The notes beneath the pieces are model-generated. The model saw only the letters and a list, made by a program, of their open reading frames with translations. It did not search any database and was not told where the DNA came from. A stretch of 63,445 nt of DNA, counting the filler, from Octopus bimaculoides (Eukaryota), in assembly GCF_001194135.2 (NCBI RefSeq). It is 7 parts of 7 records of this genome, joined end to end, with 100 filler letters (N's around TTAATTAATTAA, not from the genome) between each part and the next. Parts side by side here need not be neighbours in the genome. Positions count along the whole stretch, not along the records: positions 1 to 27,068 come from NC_068986.1; 6 more parts are not named here. One strand, given 5' to 3'. Numbering within the stretch: position 1 is the first letter of the stretch; each line of letters begins with the position of its first letter. The position numbers and the translations under genes are program-made. Positions 1-14,370 of the stretch are shown piece by piece.

Positions 1-942
1 GCATATCTGGGTACAGGACATTGCAAACAAACGTAGACGAGAACACACGAACCACATAGAGAACATTCTACTTCATCAGCTACCCACGTTTTAACACCGG
101 CGTTTCGACGAGCTTCGGGCAGGACGCAACGTTAAAACGGCTCGTCCCATGGATCGCAGATTAAATCTGTATACGCAAATTAAATCTAGCCATGGAGGAA
201 TGTAGTGGCGGACAAAAAACAAGACAGGAAAACAAACAGAAAAGGCTTTACGGCCAGACGAGAAAAATTATGTGTGTATGAACGCGATGAGGCACGGAAC
301 CGAGAGAGACAAAGTGGTGGCGTGCGTTACTATATATGTTAACCTCATCTTGTCGGATGATAACCGTTTTACATTCAGCCTGATTTTACTTTCATCCTTG
401 CACGTGCACTGATATGACATAACGCATTCATCAACCTAGGATGTTATCAGACACAAAATGGATCAAAATATGAAATAATAATGAGACATCTGTACGCCAT
501 TAGATTTAAGTGACAAAATCTTGCAAACCACTTTTGCCACTCCCTCGGTTGCCATAGAAGGCTCTTGCAAGATGGCTGGTACTGTTTAGACTGTAAATCT
601 GGTCAGAGTTGCTTTCTCTAAGAAGAGCTACCTTACCCACTGACTTGTCAAAAATAACAAGAGCCTCCTCAACCACTAAGAAAATCTATTTAAAAGGAAC
701 TACCATTCTGGGTCAGAAGGGACCTGTAATTGTAAGGAGCGACCTCTCTCCTTCCAACACGAGGTTTCGAACTGGAGCCTCACCACCTGATGTCATAAAC
801 AGAATACATACGTACGCATGCACACCCACGCACACACTCCCACATACATCCACACACATCCACCCACATGCATCTAGGAAAACGCAGCTGATGTTAGCTA
901 ACGAAATCAGCTAATTAAGTGGACATATAAATAAATAAATAA

Positions 943-977
<35 letters not shown>

Positions 978-2112
978 TGTTATATCGACGGTAGTGAGAT
1001 TTGTCTTGGTATGCGGGGGCTGGAAGCCTGTTACTGAGAAAGAAATTACAATACTCTGAGATCAAGTGATCGGGCAGTTTTGGTGCTAATACCGGACACT
1101 TCTCGTCTTCTAAGATATGTGTGTTTTTAGCACTGTACGTCTGTATGAAATGTTGTCTCAAGGCGAATACGGCAATACTCGGTCCTCTAACCATACATTC
1201 ACATTTTGTAGGATAAAAAGTTCCTTTTGGTATTAATACTGCTTTCGTCACCAATCACCAATGTGCACACACACACACTTACATATATACACACATACAT
1301 GTATGTGTGTATTGCTATGACCGAAATGTTATTCGATCAGACTGATTGTAGATGACTATAGCTCTATGCTCGATCCCCAATGACTAGCCTCCCGCCACGG
1401 AGGACCGGTCATAGTAAGCAATTTAAATTCAGAAAAGATTGAACTGAAAGAAACACCACAAGGCATCTAATCTCACGCCCCGGCAATTCTGTCAATGCAT
1501 TACTCTGAAGTGATACATTATTACATCACCCCGAAAAAAATAAAAAGCAAAGGTTGCTCTTGGTGGGATTTGAACTCAGCTCGCAGAGACCAGTAATAAA
1601 TACTGACAAGGATTCTATCCAACGCTCTAAAAACTCTGTTACCTCAGCGTAATAGCTTAATAACCTCTGATCATGGAAGGAATTTATATTTTTCTTTCCT
1701 ACGACCTCTAACCTCAAAAATGAAATTAAATTTAAATTTAGATTTAACGTTTACATTACTCCCGGAATGAATGGTGAATAGACTTCTTGGCAAAAAAATT
1801 TACCAAAACGTATTGGTTTCCATGAAAGAAAATGAGGGAAATGGTAAATTAATTATTAATCAGTATTCGTAGTAGTTACTGCATGTATATATGAACGAGC
1901 AGACATAGGTTCAATTCTTGCTGCTTAGTTGCTTGTGTTGCAGAGGTTTTAAGGATAACTCTATAGTCACCTCTAGAAAATTCGGTAAATGAAAAATAAT
2001 TCTTTTTGTAACAAAAAGGAAATATGTAGAAGATTTTGATATCCACCGAACTTTGGATAAAGCCTTTCTATTTTTTCTGGGCGATGAATTGGTAAAAGCA
2101 TTAGCGCTTAGA

Positions 2113-2400
2113 ATAGTGGTTCTCAACCGGGATCCCTATGATCCCTAGGGGTCCATATAAAATTTTGGGGGTTTACACAAGCAAAATAGTAAAATAGAGA
2201 CACACAGTTGCATATTAAGGGTCCATAAAATAAGTTTACGTTAGGTGTAGGTATTACAAAGTAAAAAAACGCTCAATTTCTTTCTCTAACATTTTACATA
2301 GTTCAACCAAGTGAAGCTGATATGTGGAAAACAAAATTGGAATTTTCAAAGAAATATCTCTAAAACTAGTTTCTAAACGTCGAATGGCTGTGGTGGTCGA
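2113..2400. mobile_element. Partial hAT-type MITE remnant
   Basis: TAGTGGTTCTCAACC terminus with ggggtccat motifs, similar to the elements at 27558 and 53017. Confidence 0.45.
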
Positions 2401-4921
2401 CCTGAGTAGAATAGTAATCAAAGGTGTCAACAGATAAACGAATAGTTGAGAACATTGGTTTTAGACGAAATGTCTTGCGCTATTTGTTCTGACTACTTTT
2501 GTTCTGAGTTCAAATCGCGCCAAGGTGAATTTTACTTCTTATTCTTCATCATCATCATCAACTCCCTGGTATTAGTGGCTGAAGTCATCATATACACCCC
2601 CAATGCGACGCAAGTCTGTTGGAAAATTCTCATTTATAAACCGGAGAAGTACGAACTGAAGTGTTTGTTGTGATACGACACGAACATGATTTCTGTAGTG
2701 GACGGATAGCACAGAGATCAAGTCACGGATAAATTTTAAAGTAGATACCTATGTAGATGAAATATTTTCCACATCATACAGATGATATAGCGCTCATCCT
2801 TTTTTGGAGTCGATTAAATAAGTACCAGTGGAGTATTGGAGTCGATGTAATCGACTAGTCCCCTCCCCCAAAATTGCTGGCCTTGTGCCTTTTTTTAGAA
2901 AGGGTTATGATTATTATTTGGCAGAATCGTTAGCACGCCGGGTATGTTTACCTTTACTTTTTGAGTTCAAATTCTGCTGAGGTCGACATTGACTGTCATC
3001 CTTTCGGGGTTGATTAAATAAGTTACCAGTAATCGACTTTGTTCTATCACCCGAAATCGCTGGCCTTTAAAACAATGATTATTACTATTCGACTCTCTAA
3101 AAATTTTGCAAGCTGTCATTACGAATCTGCTCGATCACAGCGAACCAAATACAATGATGTCGACAAAACGACAAAACCGACGAGTGCAACATTGACAACG
3201 AAACTAGCGATCATGACGATGACAAAGACTTGTAATCCTCACTAACACTTTCACATCATTATATATCGTTTTCGAAAAGATGTCGTATGCGTGAATTTAA
3301 CGCACTCCAGATCCACTGTCTAATTGCAATGGGGGATGGCCACGGATGGGACATCTTTGATCATATGTCTGTTGGCATCGGGTCGACAAGAATGGGGATG
3401 AGATTGGTGAGGTGGGGGGGGGGGTTATACAACTACAACAACAACTATAACAAATTGGCCTTTTGTGTAAGAAACAAATCATCATTAACTTTACCAGGAT
3501 GTGGACAATTTACTGGGACATATCNNNNNNNNNNNNNNNNNNNNNNNNNNNNNNNNNNNNNNNNNNNNNNNNNNNNNNNNNNNNNNNNNNNNNNNNNNNN
3601 NNNNNNNNNNNNNNNNNNNNNNNNNNNNNNNNNNNNNNNNNNNNNNNNNNNNNNNNNNNNNNNNNNNNNNNNNNNNNNNNNNNNNNNNNNNNNNNNNNNN
3701 NNNNNNNNNNNNNNNNNNNNNNNNNNNNNNNNNNNNNNNNNNNNNNNNNNNNNNNNNNNNNNNNNNNNNNNNNNNNNNNNNNNNNNNNNNNNNNNNNNNN
3801 NNNNNNNNNNNNNNNNNNNNNNNNNNNNNNNNNNNNNNNNNNNNNNNNNNNNNNNNNNNNNNNNNNNNNNNNNNNNNNNNNNNNNNNNNNNNNNNNNNNN
3901 NNNNNNNNNNNNNNNNNNNNNNNNNNNNNNNNNNNNNNNNNNNNNNNNNNNNNNNNNNNNNNNNNNNNNNNNNNNNNNNNNNNNNNNNNNNNNNNNNNNN
4001 NNNNNNNNNNNNNNNNNNNNNNNNNNNNNNNNNNNNNNNNNNNNNNNNNNNNNNNNNNNNNNNNNNNNNNNNNNNNNNNNNNNNNNNNNNNNNNNNNNNN
4101 NNNNNNNNNNNNNNNNNNNNNNNNNNNNNNNNNNNNNNNNNNNNNNNNNNNNNNNNNNNNNNNNNNNNNNNNNNNNNNNNNNNNNNNNNNNNNNNNNNNN
4201 NNNNNNNNNNNNNNNNNNNNNNNNNNNNNNNNNNNNNNNNNNNNNNNNNNNNNNNNNNNNNNNNNNNNNNNNNNNNNNNNNNNNNNNNNNNNNNNNNNNN
4301 NNNNNNNNNNNNNNNNNNNNNNNNNNNNNNNNNNNNNNNNNNNNNNNNNNNNNNNNNNNNNNNNNNNNNNNNNNNNNNNNNNNNNNNNNNNNNNNNNNNN
4401 NNNNNNNNNNNNNNNNNNNNNNNNNNNNNNNNNNNNNNNNNNNNNNNNNNNNNNNNNNNNNNNNNNNNNNNNNNNNNNNNNNNNNNGGTTGTATTAGTAG
4501 TGATGCTGTAGGTGGTGGTGACGGTGACGGTGGTAGTAATAGTAAATGGTGATGGAGGTGGTGGTTGTGATGGGTTTATGCTGATCATAGTGATGTTTAG
4601 GTGATGGTAGTGATGGTGGTCGCTGTTCTCGTGGCGGTGGAGGTGACGGTGGTAATGTGCTGTTAGATATTGAAGGTATTTGCTGATGTAGGCTTTGCTA
4701 TTTGATGGTGGGGAGCGGCTGGTAGTCACTGACATATGAGCTATGATGGTGGTGGTGGCGGCGGTGTTGGTGATGGAGGTGGTAGTAATGGTAGGAGGAG
4801 TGGTGATGGAGGTGATGGTGATGGTAGTGAATTTAATGATGAGGTTAGTAGATAGTTGATTGATCAACGATGGGTCATGGCCGTGTCATTTACGATTTGG
4901 TGAGGAGTAGGGTGGTCCATA

Positions 4922-4978
<57 letters not shown>

Positions 4979-5035
4979 AAGTAGTAGTAGTAGTGGTGTT
5001 GGTGGTGGTGGTGGCGGTAGTAATAGTAGTAGCAG

Positions 5036-5390
5036 TGAAGGCGCATGGCCGAGTGTTTTGGAGCAACGGGCTCACAAGCATGAGGTAGTGAATTCGATTC
5101 CCGGACCGGGCTGTGTGTTGTGTTCTTGAGCAAGACACTTTATTTCACGTTGCTCCAGCCCACCCAGCTGTAGAAATGAGTTGCGTCGTTACTTTTACCA
5201 ACCTGTATCGGCCATTGCTTTTCCCATGGGTAAATAACATCGGTAGCATGGGCAGGGTGGGGATGGGCATGCTTGGGCGACTGCTGGTCTTCTATAAACA
5301 ACCTAGCCCGGACTTGTGCCTCGGAGGGTGACGTTCTAGGTTCAATCTCATGATCACTCATGACCGAAGGGGGTTATTACCCTTTTAGTT
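5036..5390 (+). mobile_element. tRNA-derived SINE family C (head GTGAAGGCGCATGGC)
   Basis: A/B-box-like head and cttgagcaagacactttatttcacgttgctccag block. Related minus-strand copies lie at about 28130-28360 and 56515-56830. Confidence 0.7.
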
Positions 5391-6194
5391 GTAGTAGTCG
5401 TTTAGCTTTATTTCGGATCAGTAAAATAGACATGATTATAGACACACGGGAATTAACACAACTATGAACATTTTATTTCTTTTTTTTTAGTTGTTCGAAA
5501 ATTAAAAGAAGAAACTAATTTCTCAGTGTTTTTTCTTTTTTTTTATACAGCTTAAAATACAGACCGAATCTTTGGTTTATATCCCAGCAATTAACCATCA
5601 AATGTATCTATGGAGAGAAAGATATTGAAAAGCATCAATACGTCAGATAGACAACCAAACGAAGAGGGTATGAGATGGTCGTGAGATGTGCTAAAAATAA
5701 CAGCTAAATAGCCACTAAATTACATACCAAAAAGATTTTTCGATTTCAGTTTTTGCATAATCGTTTGAATTCCAGTGTGTATAATACAAATTCGCCAAAT
5801 TTTTCTGAAACTTTCAAAAAAGTTATGATGGATTGTGTGTCGTGCGTAAAGTAGAATTCCGCTGACACTCCAACCGTGAATAAAAACATCAGTACTAACA
5901 TGTGGACATTACTGTCATGAGTCCTAGGACCCATAGAGACATATACATGTTTTGCACAGCATATAACTGACAGAGATCACATTCCCCTTGAATAGGACAC
6001 CACTTAGCTGTAATGGTTACTCATTTACAGCTAAGTTGAATGGAGCAGCGTGAAATGCGATGTTTTGCTCAAGAACACAACGTATATCATTCAACATATC
6101 CATTCTATTTTTAAAGGCGATATATGGTGATTTGAGGGAGATTTGGCTATTATTTCTAGCAACTCACAAAAAATTATTCTTTTCAACTCTTGGC

Positions 6195-6610
6195 ACAAGG
6201 CCCGACATTTCTGGGGAGGGGGCCAGTCGATTAGATCGTCCCCAGTACGCAACTGATACTTAATTTAGCGACCCCGAAAGGATGAAAGGCAAAGTCGACC
6301 TCGACGGAATTTGAACTCAGAACGTAAAGACAGACGAAATATCGCTAAATATTTCGCCCGGCGTTCTAACGTTTCTTATCTTCTTCATTGCCCATAAGGG
6401 GCTAAACATAGAGGGGACAAACAAGAACAGACAAAGGGATTAAGTCGATTACATCGAACCCAGTGCGTAACTGGTACTTAATTTATCGACCCCGAAAGGA
6501 TGAAAGGCAAAGTCGACCTAGCAGGATTTAAACTTAGAACGTAAAGTCAAACGAAATACCGCTAAGCATTTCGCCCGACGTGCTAACGTTTCTGCCAGCT
6601 CACCGCCTTA
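6195..6610 (-). mobile_element. Two tandem copies of tRNA-derived SINE family B (head GGCGGTGAGCTGGCAGAAACGTTAG)
   Basis: B box GAGTTCAAAT and central GCCTTTCATCCTTTCGGGGTCGATAAA block, which may be a Meta-type SINE domain (not verified). Confidence 0.8.
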
Positions 6611-8099
6611 ACTCACAAAAAATTTTTAATAGGCTTTGTTTTCTCTCTCCAACCAAAAATTAAATTTAATTAAATCAAGACGGGCATGGTTGTGAGGTAA
6701 AAAGTTTGATTCTTAACTACATAGTTTCCAGTTCACTTTAGGCATGTGTTTTCTTCCTATAACTTCGGGCTATCGAAAGCTTTGTGAATGGATATTTGTG
6801 AAGGTGATAGTGGTAGTGGTGGTGACGTTGGCGATAAGCTGGGCTGGTCGTAGTGGTGGTGGTATTGGTGTAGTGGGTGGTGTTGTTCGTGTTGGTGGTG
6901 ATTGTGGTTGTGGCAGTACAGTGGTGGAGAGAGATACAGTGATGGTAATGATGACGGGGTTGGTAGTGACGATGGTGGTAGCAGTAGTAGTAGTAGTAGT
7001 AGCAGTAGGGGCATTGGTGTATAGTGAGAGGTAGTGGCAGTAATAGTATGGTGGTGGTGGTGGTGGTAATACTGCGATGGTGATGCTGACACTTGTGTAG
7101 TAGTAATAGCGTTGGTGATGCTGGAGGTGGTACTAGTGGTGCTGTTGATTCTGTCGCTGGTGTAGTTGTTGCTGTTGTTGTTGTTGTTGTCGTCATTGTT
7201 GTTGTTGATGTTGTCGCTGTTGTTGTTGTTGTTGTTGTGGTGGTGGTGGTGGTGGTGGTGGTGGTGTGGGGGTGATTAAAATTGCTCTGCCGTGATAGTG
7301 ATATGAAATCGTCATTCCGGGTTGGTCATTTGACTCTATAACACGCCACTTCCGGTCACTGTGACCTTTTGCTTTGATTTTGATAACCTGATAAAAAGGG
7401 AGCGGGAAGGTCGAGAAATATAAAGAAACAAAGAAAGGGAGAGAGAGAATATAGTGGAGTATGAATAGAGAGATAGGGGGTTAGTGAGAAAGAGAGAGAG
7501 AGAAACAGAGTGTCATAAATGAAGTGTAAAATACAAAAAGAGGAAAGAGGAGGAGGAGGAAGATGGAGAAAAAGAAGGAAAAAATAAAGGAATGGATAAA
7601 GAGAAGCAAAATCGGTGGAGCGACAAATTTAGGCACATCGCTTTACGTTGTAAATTCAAATCCCTTTGGGATTAATTTCGGTTTCTCTGCATCCCATCTC
7701 CGCGCTCCTTCTTTGCGCTCCCACTTCGTTTAATGACTCGTGGTGGTGTCTGTGACAAGTGTTTGCTCTGTCATTTGTTTTGTGCATTTCTCACCAGGCG
7801 GCGTAGAGGTTGGATGCACATCCACTGTTTTATGTCATCAGATTCACTACTGATGTGCTCTCCCATGCTGATAATTACATGGGATTTGTCCCAAACATGA
7901 CGACAGTTCATTCGAGAGACTGTTGAATGGCCGGTGGAAAATACGGCCGAGGTATTTGGTTTCCATTTATATAAAGTGTTTAGTAAGATGGGAGGATTTT
8001 CCATAAAGAGAAAAGAAAAGGGAAAGGCGTGTTTGTGTGACCCATGATTAGCGCTGTTGAATCAGGCTTATGATCTAGCAGTAGGTCCGTTTATCTTCT

Positions 8100-8500
8100 G
8101 TCTTCTACTTGTTTCAACCATTAGACTGCGACCATGCTGGGGCACCGCTTTGAAGGATTTTAGACAAACAAATCGACTCTAAGATTTATTTTTTCAAGCC
8201 TAGCAATTATTCCATCCCGCTCTTTGACCGAACCGCTAATTTACAGGGACGTAAAACACCAACACCAGTTGTGAAACGGTGGTGGAGGGTCAAACACAGA
8301 CACAAGGACACACACACACACACATATATATACATACGACGGGCTTCTTTCAGTTTCCGTCTACTAAATCCACTCAAAAGGCTTTGGTCGGCCTGATGCT
8401 ATAGTAAAAGACACATACCTAAGGTGCCACGCAGTGAGACTGAACCCAGAACCATGTGGTTGGGAAGCAAGCTTCTTAGCCACTTAGCCACGCCTTCGCC
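8100..8500 (-). mobile_element. tRNA-derived SINE, family A (head GGCGCAGGAGTGGCTGTGTGGTAAG)
   Basis: A-box/B-box-like head (TGGCTGTGTGG, GGTTCAGTCCC), a central body and a (TACTCTTT)-type tail, shared by more than 12 copies in the window. Confidence 0.8.
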
Positions 8501-8899
8501 AATGTAAAAAATATTTTTCCAGAACACAACACGCATTGGAAACCATAAGATAAATTCAAATTTGCAATGCTATAGTTTTTATACGTTTTGCTGTGAAATT
8601 TTAAACAGATGCTACTTCAAGTTGTTATTTTCTTTGTATACAGAGAAACAAAAGAGGGTGTCCTAGCATTTCTAGCATTCCTTTGACTATATATCAGAAG
8701 AAAAGCACCTTCTTTCCTCTACCCTCGATTGGAACTAATATCAAGTTTTTGTGGGGCTTTTAAATCACTTGCAAATTAGGATTTAGATGTATTGCCAGGC
8801 TTATAAAATAATGAATAAATACTATTATTTCATTCAACTACATTTCTAAAATGTGTTGCCCCAGTATGGTCGCTGCCTAACGACTGAAGCAAGTAAAAG

Positions 8900-9296
8900 A
8901 TGTGGCTGTGTTGTAAGAAGTTCACTTTAAAGCTACATAGCTCTGGGTTCAGTACCTCTGCGTGGCACCTTTGGCAAGCATATTCTACCTCGGGCCGACC
9001 AAAGCTTTGTCAGTGGATTTGGTCGACGGAAACTGAAAGAAGCCCGTCGTGTGTGCGTGCATGTGTGTGTGTGATTGTGTATCTATGGGTGTCTATATTT
9101 TTCCCCCTATCACCGCTTGACAACCGGTGTTGGTGTGTTGACACCCTCGTAACTTAGCGGTTTGGCAAAAGACACTAATAAAATAAGTACTAGGTTTTTG
9201 AACAAAGTCCTAGGGCAGATTTATTCGACTAAATTCCTTCACGGCAGTGCTCCAGCATCGCCACAGTCAAATGACTGAAACAAATAAAAGAATAAC
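8900..9296 (+). mobile_element. SINE family A copy
   Basis: Same body in + orientation, with most CpGs retained. Confidence 0.8.
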
Positions 9297-9315
9297 ATCA
9301 TATATATATAATATA

Positions 9316-9358
<43 letters not shown>

Positions 9359-10104
9359 TCCTATACAAATGCTTTAATTATTTTTGAGTTAATATTCTCA
9401 TTTCTTGGTAGTATCTTTTTGGAAACAAATATGCATCGCTAATGAATGTATGGATGTATGTTGTGTGCGCCGCATGTGTGTGTACGAAGTAACGTTATCA
9501 GGTAGTCAGCAGTTTAATCTTTTACTATACTCCTTAGTCTTGTCAAGAAACGAAATTCAAATGCCTGGCCTGAAGCGTAACGGACATCTTTTGACAGCGT
9601 GGAATATTTTGACATGATATTTTTTTCGTGGTGATGGTGTTATCAGTGGTAGCATAGTGTGTATTTGAATAAGAGAAAGAGAGAGAGAGAGAGGGGGGGT
9701 AAGCTTAATGTGTTGAGACACTTCATGGTTCCGCTTCAGTGACGCGCGAGATGGCGAACGCCAGGTGATATATAGATGAAATAGATTCCTCGTTAATATT
9801 AAAAGTGTCAGCGGTGATTATTAAAAATTAGATAGAACACAGAAAGAGAGAGAGAAAGAGATGGTCGAGAAGATATTTAAACGGAGAGAATAAAAAGGAT
9901 TATAGCATTATAATTATGGTACATTGTATTTTAAAATATATTTTTTCAAGTAGCTATTTTAGTTAGTTTATCTCTTCTTCTTCGTTTCGATCATATCGCA
10001 ATTTTGTTTTCATTTATTTTCTTAGTTCAAATTCGTACAATAATTGCCTCGTCATCTTGGTGAAAGCTACCCGTTGTGAGTAAGATTAAATTAATCCTTT
10101 CTAC

Positions 10105-10500
10105 AGCAGGCACAAGGCCTGATATTTTGGAGTAAGGGGCGAGTCGGTTACATTATCTCAGAGCTCAATTGATACATATTTTTTTCTTTCGACCCAGAAA
10201 GAATGAAAGGCAAAGTCAACCTCGGCAGAATTTGAACTCAACATAAAGACGGATGGAATCCTACTAAGCATTTTGTCCGGTGTGATAACGAGTGTATCAG
10301 ATCGCCGCCTTGGATAAAAATAACCTACCCCAGTGTTCAACTTATACTTATTTTATGCCCCCCCCCCCACACACACACACCTCGGGAGAATGAATATGAA
10401 AATCAGCCCCGGCGGCATTTGAACTCAGAGTGCAAAAACGGACGAAAAGCCACTAATCATTTTGTCCAGCGTGCTTAACGATTCTACTAGCTCGTCGCCT
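10105..10500 (-). mobile_element. SINE family B copies
   Basis: The same blocks, present twice. Confidence 0.7.
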
Positions 10501-11335
10501 TGAGTAAGACGAAAATGATATCAACAAAGATTGGGTACCAAGCTACTGAAGAGGACATTTTAAGCTGGCCCTGGAAATGTCTATCAAATTTGAAGATACA
10601 TTTTATTTTCAACGATCCACCAACCATAAAATGTATTTTCTCACTTCATGGGTGCACAACTAAATGAATAAATAGATAAAATAGAAATTAAAAAAATCAA
10701 ATCATTTTGCTCATCAGTCTGTCTACTCTTATGTTAGTTTATTCTTATGTATAATGATTATTATACACTTACTACAGAGTGTCATGGCATTCCCGCTTCA
10801 CGCGGACGTTTAAATACTTATATATTTAGCTTGTTTCAGTCAACCATGCTGGAGAGCAATCTTCAATGGTCTTAGTCGAACAAATCATCCCAGTACTTAT
10901 TTTAAAGTCTGGCGCTTATCTATCGTTCTCTTCTGTCGAGGTAAAAACAGACAGAAAGACACATATATACGACGGGCATCCACGCGGTTTCCATCATCCA
11001 AATTCACTCACAAGGCATTGGTCGGCTAAGATGCTGCGCTAAAGCTGGCTGCATCGAATATCTAAATATTGCTTCACGTAAAGGGACGTAATTTGATACC
11101 TACACGGCAATTTTGTTCGATGCACTGAATTGAATTTTTCATGTAGTTGCCAAACAAGCTTTTTTTTTTTTTTTGCAGCACTGCAATTTTGGAAGAGATC
11201 ATCACTGGTGGGTTACTTATCAACTCGATTGTCATCTTATACGGATTAAAATATTAAGAAAGATTCTACAATCGTTTCTGTGTTGATTTTCAAGTGAATC
11301 TGCTAATAACTCCATGTAATATAATTGATACTCTA

Positions 11336-11526
11336 AGGTGGTGAGCTGGCAGAAACGTTAGCACGCCGAGCGAAATTCTTAGTGGTATTTCGGCTGGCTT
11401 TACGTTCTGAGTTCATCCTTTCATCCTTTTGGGGTCGATAAATTAAATACCAGTTACGTACCGGGGTCAAGCTAATCGACTCCCCCCTACCCCAAAATCG
11501 GGCCTTGGGTCTAGAGTAGAAATGAA
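11336..11526 (+). mobile_element. SINE family B copy
   Basis: Head aaggtggtgagctggcagaaacgttagcacgcc plus the central block. Confidence 0.8.
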
Positions 11527-11767
11527 TATAATTGACACTCTATATTAACTTAATCATTGTCCGTGAATATAATTTAAACAAAGTAGATCAAAACTTTTTA
11601 AAATGAACCTCCTTAAGTGTCCCCAGTTTCCAGCGTTTAATTTAATTGTCCACACTAGTAAGAGGATGAGAAACGTGAAGTCCCTTCACCATATATAGGT
11701 GAACAGTTTATCCCAAGTAGCTTGCATCAGAATAGTAGATATATGCTATTGTGGTATCGTGTGGCTC

Positions 11768-12034
11768 TCGGTCAAACATGACTGAGCTGGCTTATAATCA
11801 AAGAAATCACATACACAGCCTTCCAGTCTATTTCTTAGAACACAGTACATCTAAGAATTCCCTTGACCACAGATAGGTTAGATGTCTCTCTCAAGTAATG
11901 TTCCCACTCATTATTGATCTACTTGATTGCGCTATTATCTAATTTTCGGTCAAATATGACTGAGCGGATTCATGTTCAAAGACGATACATCCATGACATT
12001 CCCGTCTGTTTCTTAGAACAGTGTATGTCTAAAG
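11768..12034 (+). repeat. Diverged direct repeat of about 90 bp
   Basis: tcggtcaaa(c/t)atgactgagc...tttcttagaac starts at both 11768 and 11946. Confidence 0.6.
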
Positions 12035-12599
12035 ATAAACACTATGTGTTTATTTCTAGACAATGGTAATTTGTTTAGTTTGTTTTAGACATCTAAGGAG
12101 GAAAAGGCTGAATAGGAAGCGGTTTGCAATCCCTCTGTTTGTTCTCACGAGGGTCAAGCTCAATATTTTCTTTAATCGCATTGACTGTGCTGTTTTAAGA
12201 AGATTTACGAACTCATTAGTACTGATCCTCCTTCTATGATTAATTAATTAATGAGAAAATTGATAAAATCTCACGGCTTACAATTGGTTAACTGCAACCT
12301 GCCTGGGACACCTGCCTTAGCTACGTATTTTAAACTGTTTATACTTAAGTAATTTGGTTGAGGACTCTGTGTGGTGCCTAATACAAAATTCGAATTCTCA
12401 GTTTGGATCATAATATTCGGTTTCTTGTTTATTCAACGAACTGTATATCTCACGAATAACAATAAACTTCAAAAAATAACGGATGATACTTTAAAAGCCA
12501 TTCTATTTAAACACATCACACTTTCAGTCTAGACAGATGCTAGTTGATAATGTCTATCGAAATAATCTGAAACCGGTGTTTGAATCTTAGTTCATATCT

Positions 12600-12960
12600 T
12601 GGTTTCACTTTTTGGCACAAGGCTCACAATTCCGAGGAGGGGTGAAATTTGAACTCAGAACGTAAAGATGGACGAAATGCTTCTAAACATTTTGCCCAGT
12701 GTGCCAACCATTCTACTAGAAGGTTGCCCTAATATTATTTCATTTGTTAATTTCAAATTTTGACACAGGGCCTGCCGTTTTGAGGGAAGGGGTAAGTCGA
12801 TTAGATCGACCCCAGTACGCAATTGATACTTAATTTATCGACTCCGAAAGGATGAAAGGCAAAGTTGACCTCGGTGGGATTTGAACTCAACGTAAAGGCA
12901 GACGGAATGCTGCTGAGTGTTTTGCCCGGAGTGCTAAACCTACTACCAGCTCACCGCCTT
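12600..12960 (-). mobile_element. SINE family B copies
   Basis: Central block and head gctcaccgcctt. Confidence 0.75.
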
Positions 12961-13477
12961 CATCTAATTTCACATATATTGACGGTCGTTTGTTTGCACT
13001 GTAATTGCCAAAACATTATTATGATGGTCAGTTTAGATAGTTAACTCCTCTTACTTGTAAAGTCTTTATATTGGTATTTTAAAAAAAATTGAATATTTTA
13101 TTTGTAAGAGATATCNNNNNNNNNNNNNNNNNNNNNNNNNNNNNNNNNNNNNNNNNNNNNNNNNNNNNNNNNNNNNNNNNNNNNNNNNNNNNNNNNNNNN
13201 NNNNNNNNNNNNNNNNNNNNNNNNNNNNNNNNNNNNNNNNNNNNNNNNNNNNNNNNNNNNNNNNNNNNNNNNNNNNNNNNNNNNNNNNNNNNNNNNNNNN
13301 NNNNNNNNNNNNNNNNNNNNNNNNNNNNNNNNNNNNNNNNNNNNNNNNNNNNNNNNNNNNNNNNNNNNNNNNNNNNNNNNNNNNNNNNNNNNNNNNNNNN
13401 NNNNNNNNNNNNNNNNNNNNNNNNNNNNNNNNNNNNNNNNNNNNNNNNNNNNNNNNNNNNNNNNNNNNNNNNNNNNN

Positions 13478-13508
<31 letters not shown>

Positions 13509-14149
13509 GTATATGTATATATACACGACAGTAAAAGAACACTTTAATATTCCACGGAATGAGATTGAACCCTAGAGCACGTGGTTGGGAAGCAAACTTT
13601 TTAGACACACGCATACACACACACACACGCACACATATACATATATACATCGGTTTGACTACATATACCGTATAAACACAAATGTTCATACATATATATC
13701 TATACAAACATGTGCATATATATGTGTGTGTGTGTGTGAGTGCGTGTATGTGCGTGTGTGTGTGTGTTATCAAGAGTTAACATTTTGATCGTATACTTAT
13801 GAACTGGTCGCTCCAGTAAGCCTCCTATTAATGAAACAACAACAACAATTAAATAAATAAATTAAATATTAAATTTAGGTTGCTGGTCAGCACACTTCCC
13901 TCATTCTATATTTCCTTTCAGCTGCTCCCTCCCCTCCTGCCGTAAGCACCTACTTTCTCACCGCATCCTTCCCATTCTCGTCAAGAACTTCAAGTATTTA
14001 TTATTTCAGCTTCACTGACAAATTTCAAATTTAGAGTTCAATAGGTGAAATGATATTAGGCTGACCCTTTCAAAATATCTCTGGCCCCTTTAAAAATACA
14101 ATAAAGAATGTGTAGGCTTTCTGTTCCTTTACTTTTATTATTTTATTGA

Positions 14150-14370
14150 TAGTAAACGCTGTGAACTGACGGAATTGTTAGCATGCCGGATAAAATGCTT
14201 ATCGGCATTTCGTCCGTCTGAACGTTCTGAGTTCAAATTTCGTAACGTTTGTTTTCATTTTCAGCCTTTCGAGATCGTTAAAGTAAGTACCAGTTAAGTA
14301 TTCGGTTGCTGTAATCGATGAGCCCCACCCAACAAAAATTTCAGATCTTGTGCTTGCATTAGAAGGGGTT
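14150..14370 (+). mobile_element. SINE family B copy (diverged)
   Basis: Head and B-box homology. Confidence 0.65.

Noticed and set aside
70-150. Possible minus-strand hammerhead (GACGAGC/GCTCGTC stem, GAAA, CGCCGGTG, and a separate CTGATGA)
   Set aside because: The CUGAUGA is not positioned 5' of that stem and does not pair in a type-II arrangement. Topology could not be completed.
5036-5110. tRNA genes at SINE heads
   Set aside because: A/B-box-like motifs continue into SINE bodies and no complete cloverleaf could be built.
12240-12251. TTAATTAATTAA as another assembly linker
   Set aside because: It is not flanked by Ns and is a natural AT-rich occurrence.
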